A DNA stretch of 64,000 nt, taken from the NCBI GenBank assembly GCA_963664015.2, contig CAXXLF010000002.1, forward strand, positions 1,216,001 to 1,280,000, read 5' to 3'. Shown piece after piece: positions 9,926-19,195 of the stretch. Position numbers and translations under genes: made by a program. Position 1 is the stretch's first letter, and each line of letters starts with the position of its first letter. The notes under the pieces are model-generated. The model worked only from the letters and a program-made list of their open reading frames with translations. It searched no databases and had not been told where the DNA came from. The stretch is from Candidatus Binatia bacterium. Its GTDB lineage: Bacteria; Desulfobacterota; Binatia; UBA9968; CAXXLF01.

Positions 9926-10016
9926 TGGCAGAGGGGGAGGGATTCGAACCCCCGTTACCCAATGGGCAACCTTGATTTCGAGTCAAGCGCCTTCAAGCGG
10001 GCTCGGCCACCTCTCC
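9926..10016 (-). tRNA. tRNA-Ser(CGA), carried inside the island
   Basis: GGAGAGGTGGCCGAG...CTTGA-CT-CGA-AA-TCAAG, long variable arm, GGTTCGAATCC, G discriminator and CCA; one A-C mismatch in the acceptor stem. Confidence 0.85.
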
Positions 10017-10165
10017 CCAATGAAATTGACAACTCCCAGCTTTGTGTAAATCAAATCTATCATTCTATCTTATATTTGATAACACTAAAGGCAGAAGGCT
10101 TACTACCGATAGAACCAACCAAATAATATGAATAGTAGTAGTAATAAAATGGAGGGATTAGAAGG

Positions 10166-11332
10166 ATGATAAGCAGCAGGACTGTGGCCGTCTTGGTGAT
10201 TTTAATATTATCCGGAGTCACTTTGAGTTTCGGGGAATCTATCTATGTTTCTCATAGATTAGAAAATTTGGTCCCTAAGCCAGAAGGAAGTAGACGTGCA
10301 ACGAATCGACATGCAATGATTCCCTTACCAGAAGTTCCATTCAATGTTGATCGACGAATTTTATCTCATAACCGACCGGCTCGTGAGTATGACAAGCCCT
10401 ACCACGGACCTATGATTGATATGCACGTCCACCTAAAATCTAGGTTCCGTAAGCAAACACCCCTCAGAGCTTTGGGTGAGGTTATTGATGGAATTCGCGA
10501 AGCAGGAATAGACCTAGCGATTGTAACGCCTACACCCAATGAGGGACGAAGAAGAGGTGGAAACGAAAAACACCGCTTATACAGAAAGTTACTTAAAGAA
10601 CTCGGTGAGGGAACGATCAAGCTTATGTGCTGCGGCAACTATATAGGTCAATGGATCCATAATGCTTATTACGAGACCTATACAAAGAATAGTTTGTATT
10701 CACTTCTACAGAGAATCAACATGGATCTTGATAGCGGATTATACATTGGTGTCGGTGAGTTGGGGTTATATCATTTCAACAAGAGTGGAAGACAAATGAC
10801 TATTCGATACCCACCAAATTTTGAACCATTTGTGAAAGTAGTAGAAACAATCGCAAATAAGGGGTACTGGATCCTACTGCATGCAGAAACCGTTGATCCA
10901 AATGGAGTATCCTATGAAGAAACGTTTTTCTCTGGCATTGAGCTACTTTATAAACGAATTCCAAATCTCAAATTAATTATTGCCCACACGTCGACCACTA
11001 ATCCTGACAATGTGCGCAGCATGCTCCATCAGTATCCAAATCTCATGATAGATTTTAAGATTGTTAAAAAACTAAAATACTGGTGGTACACAGAACCTGT
11101 GAATAACGCAAATAGAGAATTACATGAGGATTGGGCTAATCTATTTGAGTCAATGCCTAAACGATTTATGGTAGGTACTGATAGGAAATTTTATCGCCGT
11201 CGCATGAATGCTAAAAAATACATAAGAAAAAATAACCGGTTGAGAAATATACTAGGGACATTGAATTCGAATGCCGCACAATTGATTGCTTACGGAAATG
11301 CTAAAAGATTATTTAGTAAAGCTAATCCTTGA
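10166..11332 (+). CDS. Secreted amidohydrolase-fold protein (AT-rich)
   Basis: Signal peptide; IDMHVH, GVGELG, LLHAE, IAH, VGTD, YGNAKRLF. Confidence 0.8.
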   Translation: MISSRTVAVLVILILSGVTLSFGESIYVSHRLENLVPKPEGSRRATNRHAMIPLPEVPFNVDRRILSHNRPAREYDKPYHGPMIDMHVHLKSRFRKQTPLRALGEVIDGIREAGIDLAIVTPTPNEGRRRGGNEKHRLYRKLLKELGEGTIKLMCCGNYIGQWIHNAYYETYTKNSLYSLLQRINMDLDSGLYIGVGELGLYHFNKSGRQMTIRYPPNFEPFVKVVETIANKGYWILLHAETVDPNGVSYEETFFSGIELLYKRIPNLKLIIAHTSTTNPDNVRSMLHQYPNLMIDFKIVKKLKYWWYTEPVNNANRELHEDWANLFESMPKRFMVGTDRKFYRRRMNAKKYIRKNNRLRNILGTLNSNAAQLIAYGNAKRLFSKANP

Positions 11333-11344
11333 ACTTGAGAATAG

Positions 11345-11467
11345 AGTGGTAATAGACAGGCCGTGGACCAGCTGAACGATGTGGAAAAGGTTAAAACTGA
11401 GGATCAGCCTCAGAGTGGTCACAAAACGGTCACAAACCGATTGGAGAGAGAGTCAGACTATGTCTAA
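11345..11467 (+). pseudogene. Probable C-terminal remnant of a tyrosine integrase with arm-type repeats
   Basis: SGNRQAVDQLND...GHKTVTN tail resembles phage integrase ends; GGTCACAAA occurs twice at 11417-11436. Confidence 0.4.
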
Positions 11468-11555
11468 GGCACTCTGAAAGTGTCTCTATGAGGAGATTTG
11501 GAGGTTTGGGGAGGGGTTCTATGGGACTGCGAGGATGGATTATGAGGGGGTTTTC

Positions 11556-12206
11556 TCAACACCCCTTGTAGTTCTTCTTCACGCATTCACGGGCAAGTCT
11601 CTGTGCGGTTTCAATTTGGGATGGGTTCATCCGTTTGGCAATGATGTCTCTGTTTTTAGATGCGTCCTTACTGTCCGCCGATGTTGCGGCGATGTTGTAC
11701 CACATATGGGCTTGAACATAGTCTTGCGGTACACCCTGACCTTCACCATACATGTACCCCAGATTGTACTGGGCAAGGGCATGCCCCTGTCCGGCAGCAA
11801 GTCTGAACCACTTCACCGCAGTCTTATAGTCCTGTGGAACACCCTCTCCTTTGTCGTACATCCAACCCACATTGTACTGGGCCTTGGCAAATCCCTGGTC
11901 GGCAGCAAGTCTGAACCACTTCAGTGTAGTCTTGTAGTCCTGTGGAACACCCTCTCCTTTGCCGTACATCCAACCCAGATTGTTCTGGGCATCGGCATCC
12001 CCCTGTTCGGCAGCAAGTCTGTACCACTTCAGTGCAGTCTTGTAGTCCTGTGGAACACCCTCTCTTTTGCGGTACATCCAACCCAGATTGTTCTGGGCAT
12101 CGGCATCCCCCTGTTCGGCAAGGGATTTCCATTCACGCAGAGCGGTTGCGTAGTCACCACTTTGGAGAGCAGTTAGACCCTTTTGGAAATCAGCACTCCA
12201 ACTCAT
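11556..12206 (-). CDS. Sel1-repeat protein (4 repeats); signal peptide detached by frameshift (uORF 12203-12265)
   Basis: Four Sel1 units; same ACGGGATGA frameshift and ATGA overlap as at 8344. Confidence 0.85.
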   Translation of the reverse strand: MSWSADFQKGLTALQSGDYATALREWKSLAEQGDADAQNNLGWMYRKREGVPQDYKTALKWYRLAAEQGDADAQNNLGWMYGKGEGVPQDYKTTLKWFRLAADQGFAKAQYNVGWMYDKGEGVPQDYKTAVKWFRLAAGQGHALAQYNLGYMYGEGQGVPQDYVQAHMWYNIAATSADSKDASKNRDIIAKRMNPSQIETAQRLARECVKKNYKGC

Positions 12207-12319
12207 CCCGTAATCCCAAGAAGCACGGCAATCGTCAGGTAGATGGTGGCGGTCATGTTTCTCATAGGGAAAAGAGTTACATAGAATGGGGGATTTGGGT
12301 AGTCAGAATTGAATTATAC

Positions 12320-12386
12320 TCAACACCCTTTGTATTTCTTACGTACGCATTCACGGGCAAGTTTCTAGAACTTCAGTGATTTGAAG
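12320..12386 (-). pseudogene. Degenerate Sel1 C-cap remnant
   Basis: LARECVRKKYKGC* directly before a 54-bp spacer. Confidence 0.75.
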
Positions 12387-12407
12387 CAAAACACACATTC
12401 CTAACTA

Positions 12408-13046
12408 TTATCTCAACCCTAGGACTTTTTCCCTCATCGCCTTTCGTTCCTCATCGTTAATGAGGGATTTTTCGTACATATCTTCTATGCGTTGAAGTTC
12501 CGTTTCTTGTCCCGAGGTTTCTTCCACTACCTTGTCCTCGGCTTCGGGCTCAATTGCCCACGACTTCCAAAGTGACGCCAGCGCCACTTGCAAGGGGGAG
12601 AGCGCCGGAACTTGCCTCGGTGTTTGTGATTCTCCATCAGATTTAGCGGGGATATCAATTCCCAACTTGGCAATCACATCTTTCAATTCCCTCTTATCCA
12701 CATCTCTGCCGATGAAACGACACAGTTGATCATCAAAAGAAGACGCACTGGCACAAGAAACAGCGTGGTAACCTTTGGAAATAAGTTCTTTGATATACAA
12801 TTTGTTATAAATAAAACCAAATACCAGATTATTCAAAAAAACAAACACTGGTTCGTTCGGTGCTAAGTTGGAAACAACCGCCCCGGTAATACAGGATAAA
12901 AAGGCGACAATTGCCGCCCACTTCCAATCACGACGGACAACCATCGGAAGGAAACTCCAAAATAGTGCGGTATAAGAAAACCCTACTGGCGCAGATTTTA
13001 CCTCTCCCGTGTTGTCGTTTTTAAAGGTGATTACAGCACTTGCCAT
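12408..13046 (-). CDS. Membrane protein (DUF2628/HrgC-like) with C-terminal SHOCT-like domain
   Basis: KSAPVGFS...FW..P...RRDWKWA, FIYNKLYIKELISKGY; C-terminal ELQRIEDMYEKSLINDEE. Confidence 0.65.
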   Translation of the reverse strand: MASAVITFKNDNTGEVKSAPVGFSYTALFWSFLPMVVRRDWKWAAIVAFLSCITGAVVSNLAPNEPVFVFLNNLVFGFIYNKLYIKELISKGYHAVSCASASSFDDQLCRFIGRDVDKRELKDVIAKLGIDIPAKSDGESQTPRQVPALSPLQVALASLWKSWAIEPEAEDKVVEETSGQETELQRIEDMYEKSLINDEERKAMREKVLGLR

Positions 13047-13100
13047 TTTTTCCTTTCTGAAGGTTAAGTTGCCTACTTATTTCCCACTATTTATCTTAAA

Positions 13101-13142
13101 AAGAGCAATCGTCAGGCAGATGGTGGCGAGGGTACGTTTCAT
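13101..13142 (-). pseudogene. Sel1 gene signal-peptide remnant
   Basis: MKRTLATICLTIAL then unrelated sequence; degenerate spacer upstream. Confidence 0.6.
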
Positions 13143-13242
13143 AGGGAGAGTCTGACAAAAGGCGGGGGATTAAGAAAGAGAAAACTTAATTTCCCTATCG
13201 CGGACTCATGTAATTCAATAATCCGCATACTTTGAATAATAT

Positions 13243-13430
13243 TTAAAACTGGAAAACTAAGTTATTGATGTTCTTAGAAGGTCTAGTTCTTCCACCCATG
13301 TTGGTGCCGCAATGTCCGCACACCATAATGTCTCTTAAAATGTAGAAGTGAGTAGGTCTGTTTACTTGTCCCTTCCGTTTCAAGTGACTCACTCGTCGTT
13401 GCTGGACATTGTGGTAGACAGTCTTGTCAA
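13243..13430 (-). pseudogene. Large serine recombinase zinc-ribbon fragment
   Basis: VDKTVYHNVQQRR...FYILRDIMVCGHCGTNMGGR resembles the recombinase Zn beta-ribbon. Confidence 0.55.
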
Positions 13431-13941
13431 CCAACCTTGGACATGAGACTTCCGCAGGTTCCTCTGTCTTAGAATCTGTAAACACATATCTGCCGTTATA
13501 GTATATGTTGCTCGACGTGCCTATTGTAGTGGTAAATGCGAATGCACTTCCAGCAGTCGAGTATCCAAGACAACTCGTCGTTTTTGAAACATCCACGATC
13601 CCTTGGATCGGATAACCTGATCCTCGCTACGTCCGACTGCATATAAACTTGTTCTTCCTGTTTCCGTGGTCCGGTAAACGACGAATTTTGATCGTACCGA
13701 TGCAGCATTACCTTGAAATTCAATCTGTATATTAGATACAAGATGTAGCCGCCTAGCTGTGTCAAGCACGTAGTTGGGGACCAGATCCATCCTTTTCACA
13801 AACTCGTTCCTTGTGAGTTTCATTACGTAATCGTCGATACCGCCGAGTTCTTTGCTTTCAAACAGCATCTCGTACTCTGATGTCGCAGTAAATAGGCCAG
13901 TCCATTCCCTGATTTGTCCTTCGTCGAGCAACTGAGCGGCT
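13424..13941. repeat. 518-bp direct repeat, copy 1 (copy 2 at 20794-21311)
   Basis: Near-identical sequences; about 7 transition differences counted by eye. Confidence 0.92.
13521..13941 (-). pseudogene. 5'-truncated duplicate of the oxygenase beta subunit
   Basis: Matches 20891-21311; lacks the first ~20 codons and the RBS. Confidence 0.85.
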
Positions 13942-13998
13942 TGCCTTCGGCGCCTTATGAAGCCTTATGCCCCTCTTGTAATCGTAGGCATGAATACC

Positions 13999-15717
13999 TT
14001 AATCCTTCTGCTCAAGCCCCAAACGCATACCTAGAAGGCGACTGGCGAGAACGACGAGGAGAATAAGGAAGACGGTGAAAACGCCGATAATGGCGGCCTG
14101 TTCCAGATTGCCCTCCGGAATGTAATCGAGCATCAGAAGGGAGAGGGTTTTCGTCTGATGGGTAGCCAGGAAAACAACCGAAGATACATCGCGCACCGCC
14201 GCGATGAATAGAATTAGCCCTACGGCCATCAGGGTCGGATTCAAAAGCGGCAACTGGATACGCCGAAAGGTGGAAGTCCAGGACGCCCCTGAAACCGCAG
14301 AAGCCTCCTCCAATTCACTGCTGATCTGCATGACCCCCGCCTTGACGATTTGGATCCCGACGGGCATCTCTTTGATGATGATAGCGAGGATGAGCACAAA
14401 GAGCGTGCCGTAGATGACCCTGAGGATACTACCCGATCCCAGAACTGCCCAGAGAAGGCCCAGACTCAGTAAAATCCCGGGCAGCGCCCAGGGCAACCAC
14501 GAAAGGAGGTCCATTAGCCCACGACCGGTAAAGCGGACCCGCACGATGCAGTAACTGACCAGCGCATAAAAGGTAACGCCCACCGCACTAGCCCCCACCC
14601 CAAGGACAAGGGTGTTCCATAGCGACCGCATGAAAGTCGGATCATCCACGGCTTCGATCCAGTGCCTCGTCGTCCATGTAGATTCCAAGTTGAAAAAGCC
14701 AAAGACCTCCATAAAGGTCCCCAGGAACAGAGCGCTCAAGGGTAAAAGAACCATGATCAGGATGAAGAGAAGGCATATGGAGAAAGTCAGCCAGCGCCAG
14801 GGGCCCAGGCTTAAAGTTCGGGACACATAACCTCGGCCGGTGATGGTGGTGTACTCCCTCCCGTGAAGAAGCACCCTCTGAAGCCATATCAAGACAAAAA
14901 TAACCACGAGAAAGATGCTTGACAGGGCCGTGGCCCGACCATAGAGGGGAGGCTCCCAGTTGATATAGTCGAAAATTTTGGTCGGCACTACGAAGAGCCC
15001 CGCCGGGATTCCTAACACCAGTTCAATCTCAAGTGACTCCAGGCTCTTGATAAAGCCCAGGATCGTGGAAGCCAGGATTGCCGGGGCCAGGAGCGGGACC
15101 GTGATACGCAACAGGGTTCCTAACTTGTTACTCCCGGAGGTTAGAGCGGCCTCTTCCAGGGCCGCATCCATGGCTTTGAAGGCCGGTGTCATCAACAGAA
15201 ACCGTATGGAGGTACTGAAGGCCAGGTGACACCAGACAATGCCCCAGTAAGAGAAAATGTCAAAGGGCGCCCTGGAGAGGCCGAAGATGCCTACGAGAAA
15301 CTTATTGAGTACCCCATTATGAGGATCCAAGAGGAGGATCCACCCCATGGTCATGGGCAACAGGGGCAGAAAAAACCCCAACCAAAGTACCAATTCCAGG
15401 AAACCCCTGAAGGGTGTATCGGTCCGGGTGACGACCCAGACAAAGAAAATGGCCAGAACGGTGGTAATGACTATCCGGACAACGGCTAAGCTAAAGGTAT
15501 TGGCCAGGACCAAGGGGAGGGCTACATCACTAAAGGCTGCAACCCACCCTTGGATACCCCAGGCAACCGGTTGTCCCGGCCGAGTAATAGTAAAACTTTT
15601 GAGGAAAATGAGACTGACAGGATAGAGCGTCAGGAGGGCCATCAGCACCATTAAGAGGGGTAAGAATACCCTTACCCAGGATGGCCCTGACCCTCGCCTA
15701 AACCCCGCCAAAAACAT
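13999..15717 (-). CDS. ABC transporter permease (FbpB/ThiP-like, two TM domains)
   Basis: Two EAA loops (LEEAALTSGS, LEEASAVSGA); strongly hydrophobic. Confidence 0.9.
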   Translation of the reverse strand: MFLAGFRRGSGPSWVRVFLPLLMVLMALLTLYPVSLIFLKSFTITRPGQPVAWGIQGWVAAFSDVALPLVLANTFSLAVVRIVITTVLAIFFVWVVTRTDTPFRGFLELVLWLGFFLPLLPMTMGWILLLDPHNGVLNKFLVGIFGLSRAPFDIFSYWGIVWCHLAFSTSIRFLLMTPAFKAMDAALEEAALTSGSNKLGTLLRITVPLLAPAILASTILGFIKSLESLEIELVLGIPAGLFVVPTKIFDYINWEPPLYGRATALSSIFLVVIFVLIWLQRVLLHGREYTTITGRGYVSRTLSLGPWRWLTFSICLLFILIMVLLPLSALFLGTFMEVFGFFNLESTWTTRHWIEAVDDPTFMRSLWNTLVLGVGASAVGVTFYALVSYCIVRVRFTGRGLMDLLSWLPWALPGILLSLGLLWAVLGSGSILRVIYGTLFVLILAIIIKEMPVGIQIVKAGVMQISSELEEASAVSGASWTSTFRRIQLPLLNPTLMAVGLILFIAAVRDVSSVVFLATHQTKTLSLLMLDYIPEGNLEQAAIIGVFTVFLILLVVLASRLLGMRLGLEQKD

Positions 15718-16865
15718 TATCGGGCAAAGAGTTCCTTCAGGATTTCCTCCTCCTCAGCCGACCGTTTGATGTTTTTCTCCTGATAAAAGGAAGAGTATTT
15801 GCTCCCCGGCTTGGGAATGACGTAAGGGGCCAGGTGAGCCGTAGAAACATCCACCCGCCGGCTTGTATATCCCGACGCCTTGCTCCAGGCCGTCTGTCCT
15901 TCCTTACTCAACAACCAGTTGATAAATACCGTAGCGGCGTTGCGGTGGGGCGCTTTGTTGATCAACAAAACACTTCCGGGGCCCGGAGTGATGTAGCTCC
16001 CATGGTCCTTGAACTCAGACAAAACACCGAACTTGAGTCCACGCCCCTTTAATTGGCGCACCATCCGGTCACTCCCGCCCAGAACGAAGGCATACTTACC
16101 CTGGGCAACCCATTCAATCTGGCGCCGTTCGTTTCGGTCCACGATCCCCGCGTTGGCCCGAATATTCCGGTAATACTCCAATGCCTTTTTAGGCCCCAGC
16201 GCTTGCCATATGTGGCGGAAAGTCACTCCGCCCGATCCGCTTGGAACGGGATCATTGATAATGAATTTCCCTTTCCACTTCGGGTCAATAAGCTCATGGA
16301 GCTCATCTAACTCATTGACCTTCGCTTGATTGAGATTAAAGACCACCGGTGCCTTGACGTTGGTTGAAAAAACCAGGTTCAGGCTGCGCTTCGCGTCGGA
16401 GAACTCGAGGCGGCCGTTGCGCCAGTATTTCCCCAACTTGACCTCGGGTAGCACCAAGACAGGTCCGATGGGATCCAGCGCCCCCATGGGCTTAAAATAG
16501 ACTAGGGCCGTTGTCGTCCCTTGCAAAATGACATCAACTGAATAGATACCGCCGTCTCGCTCCGCCTTAATCTTCGCTGCCAAGCGACCTCCGCGCCCCC
16601 CTGCATATTCGATACTGATATCGGGGAACGCCTTCTTAAACCCGCTGGTTACGGCCTTCCGGATGGCCGCGCCCCCGGGCCCGAAGACCACCACCTTGCC
16701 CTCTTTCTTGGCTCCACTCAGAACCTTCTCCCATCTGTCTTTCCAACCGGCCTCGCCCTGGGCTTGGACCCACTGGGGCAACCCCAGATAAAAAATTCCA
16801 ACTGCAAGTAAACACAGGATTATCAAAAACGACTGGGTCTTGTTCCTTCCGCTTGTCTCGTTCAT
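15717..16865 (-). CDS. ABC transporter substrate-binding protein (Fe3+/thiamine-type fold)
   Basis: Signal peptide; AKKEGKVVVFG, DPKWKGK, APHRNAATVFINWLLSKEGQ. Confidence 0.88.
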   Translation of the reverse strand: MNETSGRNKTQSFLIILCLLAVGIFYLGLPQWVQAQGEAGWKDRWEKVLSGAKKEGKVVVFGPGGAAIRKAVTSGFKKAFPDISIEYAGGRGGRLAAKIKAERDGGIYSVDVILQGTTTALVYFKPMGALDPIGPVLVLPEVKLGKYWRNGRLEFSDAKRSLNLVFSTNVKAPVVFNLNQAKVNELDELHELIDPKWKGKFIINDPVPSGSGGVTFRHIWQALGPKKALEYYRNIRANAGIVDRNERRQIEWVAQGKYAFVLGGSDRMVRQLKGRGLKFGVLSEFKDHGSYITPGPGSVLLINKAPHRNAATVFINWLLSKEGQTAWSKASGYTSRRVDVSTAHLAPYVIPKPGSKYSSFYQEKNIKRSAEEEEILKELFAR

Positions 16866-16979
16866 TATTCTACCCTCCTCATTAATATTTGCCTCCAGAA
16901 CCAGCGGGGGTCCGCCAGTCCCAGTGCAGTTAATTTAAAAACACCATCATTTCATTCGCTTTGTTTTAGAAACTTCTCC

Positions 16980-18044
16980 CTATGCTCCTTCTCCCGGCTC
17001 CTCGCGGTACAGCTTCAGGGCTTCCATCAAGGGCATATCGTTCACCGAGAAGAGGATCGCTTCTTTTTCTTTTGACCGGTTATGGTGACTATGCCAACTC
17101 CACAAGGGAACGACAAAGCAGTCCCCCTTCTCCCAGCTGAACTTCTCCCCATTGATAACCGTCGTTCCGCTGCCCTCAAACACATGATAGACGACACTGC
17201 TGTTATGTCGATGGGTCTTGGTGACCTCCCCCGGCCTGAACGCCTGAATCCAACACGACAAGGTCGGAAAGGTATGGCCCCCTGTCATGGGGTTCACGTA
17301 TTCCAGGGCGACACCGTCGAAGGGGCTTGCGGGGGTATCCATAAGGTTCTTCAACGTCGGGTAGGTATCCTTCCATTTGTAAGCCAATGGACAGTTGTAA
17401 TTTATGAGATTAGAGGATTTCTCCCATACCGGCCTTGCCAGGCCCACCTTGTACCCCGTGTAGTCTGAAGGCTTCTTGATGGTTTGGAAATCTCCGGGAT
17501 AGGGTTCCCAAGAAATAACCTGAAGGGAGTTGATGAGGATATTATCGAGCCCGTCCATCCACACCATGGGCTCGGTTTCGTTCACATGGCCATGCCAGGT
17601 GTTAGGGGGCGTCAAGATCAAATCGCCCTTCTCCATCTCGATCTTTTCCCCTTCCACGACCGTGTAGGCACCATGCCCCTGGATAATAAACCGGAAAGCA
17701 GCGAAGTTGTGCCGATGGCTGCGCGCCTTTTCCCCAGGCTTGAGCATCTGCATCGTCGTTTGCATCGTCTGGGTGGTCCCCCGCTGGCGCTTCATCTTCA
17801 AATCTTTGAGTCCCGGATTCACCAGACAGAGCAGGCGCCGCTCCGCCTGCCCCTCCAGGCCGTGCATTTCCGCGACCATTTGAAGATCCCCGTAGAGGTC
17901 CTGCCATTTCCACAGGTAAGGGACGACGGAGGTTCGAGGGTCCTTACCGACGACGTCGACCTCCGTGAGGCCGTGCCACAAACCTTCCACGTTCCTTTCC
18001 AAGAGCTTCTTGTCGAACTCCTGGAGCTCTCTGTCTTCAGTCAT
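16980..18044 (-). CDS. Gentisate/1-hydroxy-2-naphthoate 1,2-dioxygenase family bicupin
   Basis: PYLWKW, AERR.L.LVNPG, SHRHNFAAFRF, GDLILTP..TWHGH, WMDGLD, HRH. Confidence 0.88.
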   Translation of the reverse strand: MTEDRELQEFDKKLLERNVEGLWHGLTEVDVVGKDPRTSVVPYLWKWQDLYGDLQMVAEMHGLEGQAERRLLCLVNPGLKDLKMKRQRGTTQTMQTTMQMLKPGEKARSHRHNFAAFRFIIQGHGAYTVVEGEKIEMEKGDLILTPPNTWHGHVNETEPMVWMDGLDNILINSLQVISWEPYPGDFQTIKKPSDYTGYKVGLARPVWEKSSNLINYNCPLAYKWKDTYPTLKNLMDTPASPFDGVALEYVNPMTGGHTFPTLSCWIQAFRPGEVTKTHRHNSSVVYHVFEGSGTTVINGEKFSWEKGDCFVVPLWSWHSHHNRSKEKEAILFSVNDMPLMEALKLYREEPGEGA

Positions 18045-18142
18045 GATCGCACCTCCTCTTTCCCGTATCCCTGTCCATGGTCACGTCCAGGCCCCCTATC
18101 CAACTCATAAAACCGACAGCGCGCCCCACGCTCCCAAGGCCG

Positions 18143-19054
18143 CTACGGCACCGTAGGGATTCCAACATTGCGCATGGCGCTCTCGAGCAGGCTCCGATGT
18201 TCCGCGGTAAGTGGCTTAGTGGCGTACCTGGGAAACCTCTTCACCCGTAGGCCCCTAAGCCGCATCGCTTCACACTGAACGGCCTCACCGTAAAGAGGCC
18301 TCAGGTCGCGCATGGTCTTTCGCACCTCGTTCACCTTTACCTGTAATGCCAACGCCTCTTCCAATTTCTTCTCTTCCAGAGCCCGCCAGAGGGCGGCCGA
18401 CAGCTCGGGAAAGGATATCATCGTCGGCACGATGGTCCCCTTGATCCCATAGAGGACACCCGGCATCAGGCCTGACGCAAGACCATAGACCAAAAAATCC
18501 TCTGGCATCTGATTGAGATAGCTCAGAGCCCCATCCAGGTTATCCGCCGAATATTTCATACCGCAGATCTGGGGCACCTGTTCCTTGAGTCGGAGCATCA
18601 TAGGCGGGGTGATATCATAACCTGAGTAGGGGGGATTGTGATAAACCATCAAGGGCATTCCCACCCGAGCGCCTACCTCTCGGTAGTGCTCCGTGATCTC
18701 GAATTCCGTATGATCACTGTAATAATAAGGCCCCACTACGGCGATGGCTTCGCAATCCAGCGATCTGGCATGGAGCCCCAGTTCCACCGTAGAGAACACG
18801 TCTGCGGTACCGACGTGCAGTACGATCGGGACCCTTCCCCGGGTGTGTTTTACGATGACTTCTGCAAACCTTTTTCTCTGATCAATTCTCATGGCGGGAC
18901 CTTGACCGAAAGACCCCAGCAAGAACAACCCGTGGACCCCGCCGTCGATGAGAAAATCGGCAATCTGGCACCCCAAGGACTCATCCAATTCACCGTCTTC
19001 TTTAAATGGCGTCATGATCGGCATGACAATCCCCTTAATCCCATTCAAATCCAT
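18143..19054 (-). CDS. DapA/NAL-family aldolase (hydratase-aldolase-like)
   Basis: TPF..DG.LD, GSFGQG, YHNP, Schiff-base GMKYS; start placed after GGAGGG. Confidence 0.85.
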   Translation of the reverse strand: MDLNGIKGIVMPIMTPFKEDGELDESLGCQIADFLIDGGVHGLFLLGSFGQGPAMRIDQRKRFAEVIVKHTRGRVPIVLHVGTADVFSTVELGLHARSLDCEAIAVVGPYYYSDHTEFEITEHYREVGARVGMPLMVYHNPPYSGYDITPPMMLRLKEQVPQICGMKYSADNLDGALSYLNQMPEDFLVYGLASGLMPGVLYGIKGTIVPTMISFPELSAALWRALEEKKLEEALALQVKVNEVRKTMRDLRPLYGEAVQCEAMRLRGLRVKRFPRYATKPLTAEHRSLLESAMRNVGIPTVP

Positions 19055-19195
19055 CTTCCCTCCATTTAAAATACAAATTTTGGGTCTTCTTGACCGCTCT
19101 TCCCCATCACCTTCATCTAAACCATTTTCTCCCATAGACTTCCATGGGAACAGATGCTCCCGCCGAAATCGTCCTTTGCTTTCCCCGTGCCGTCT

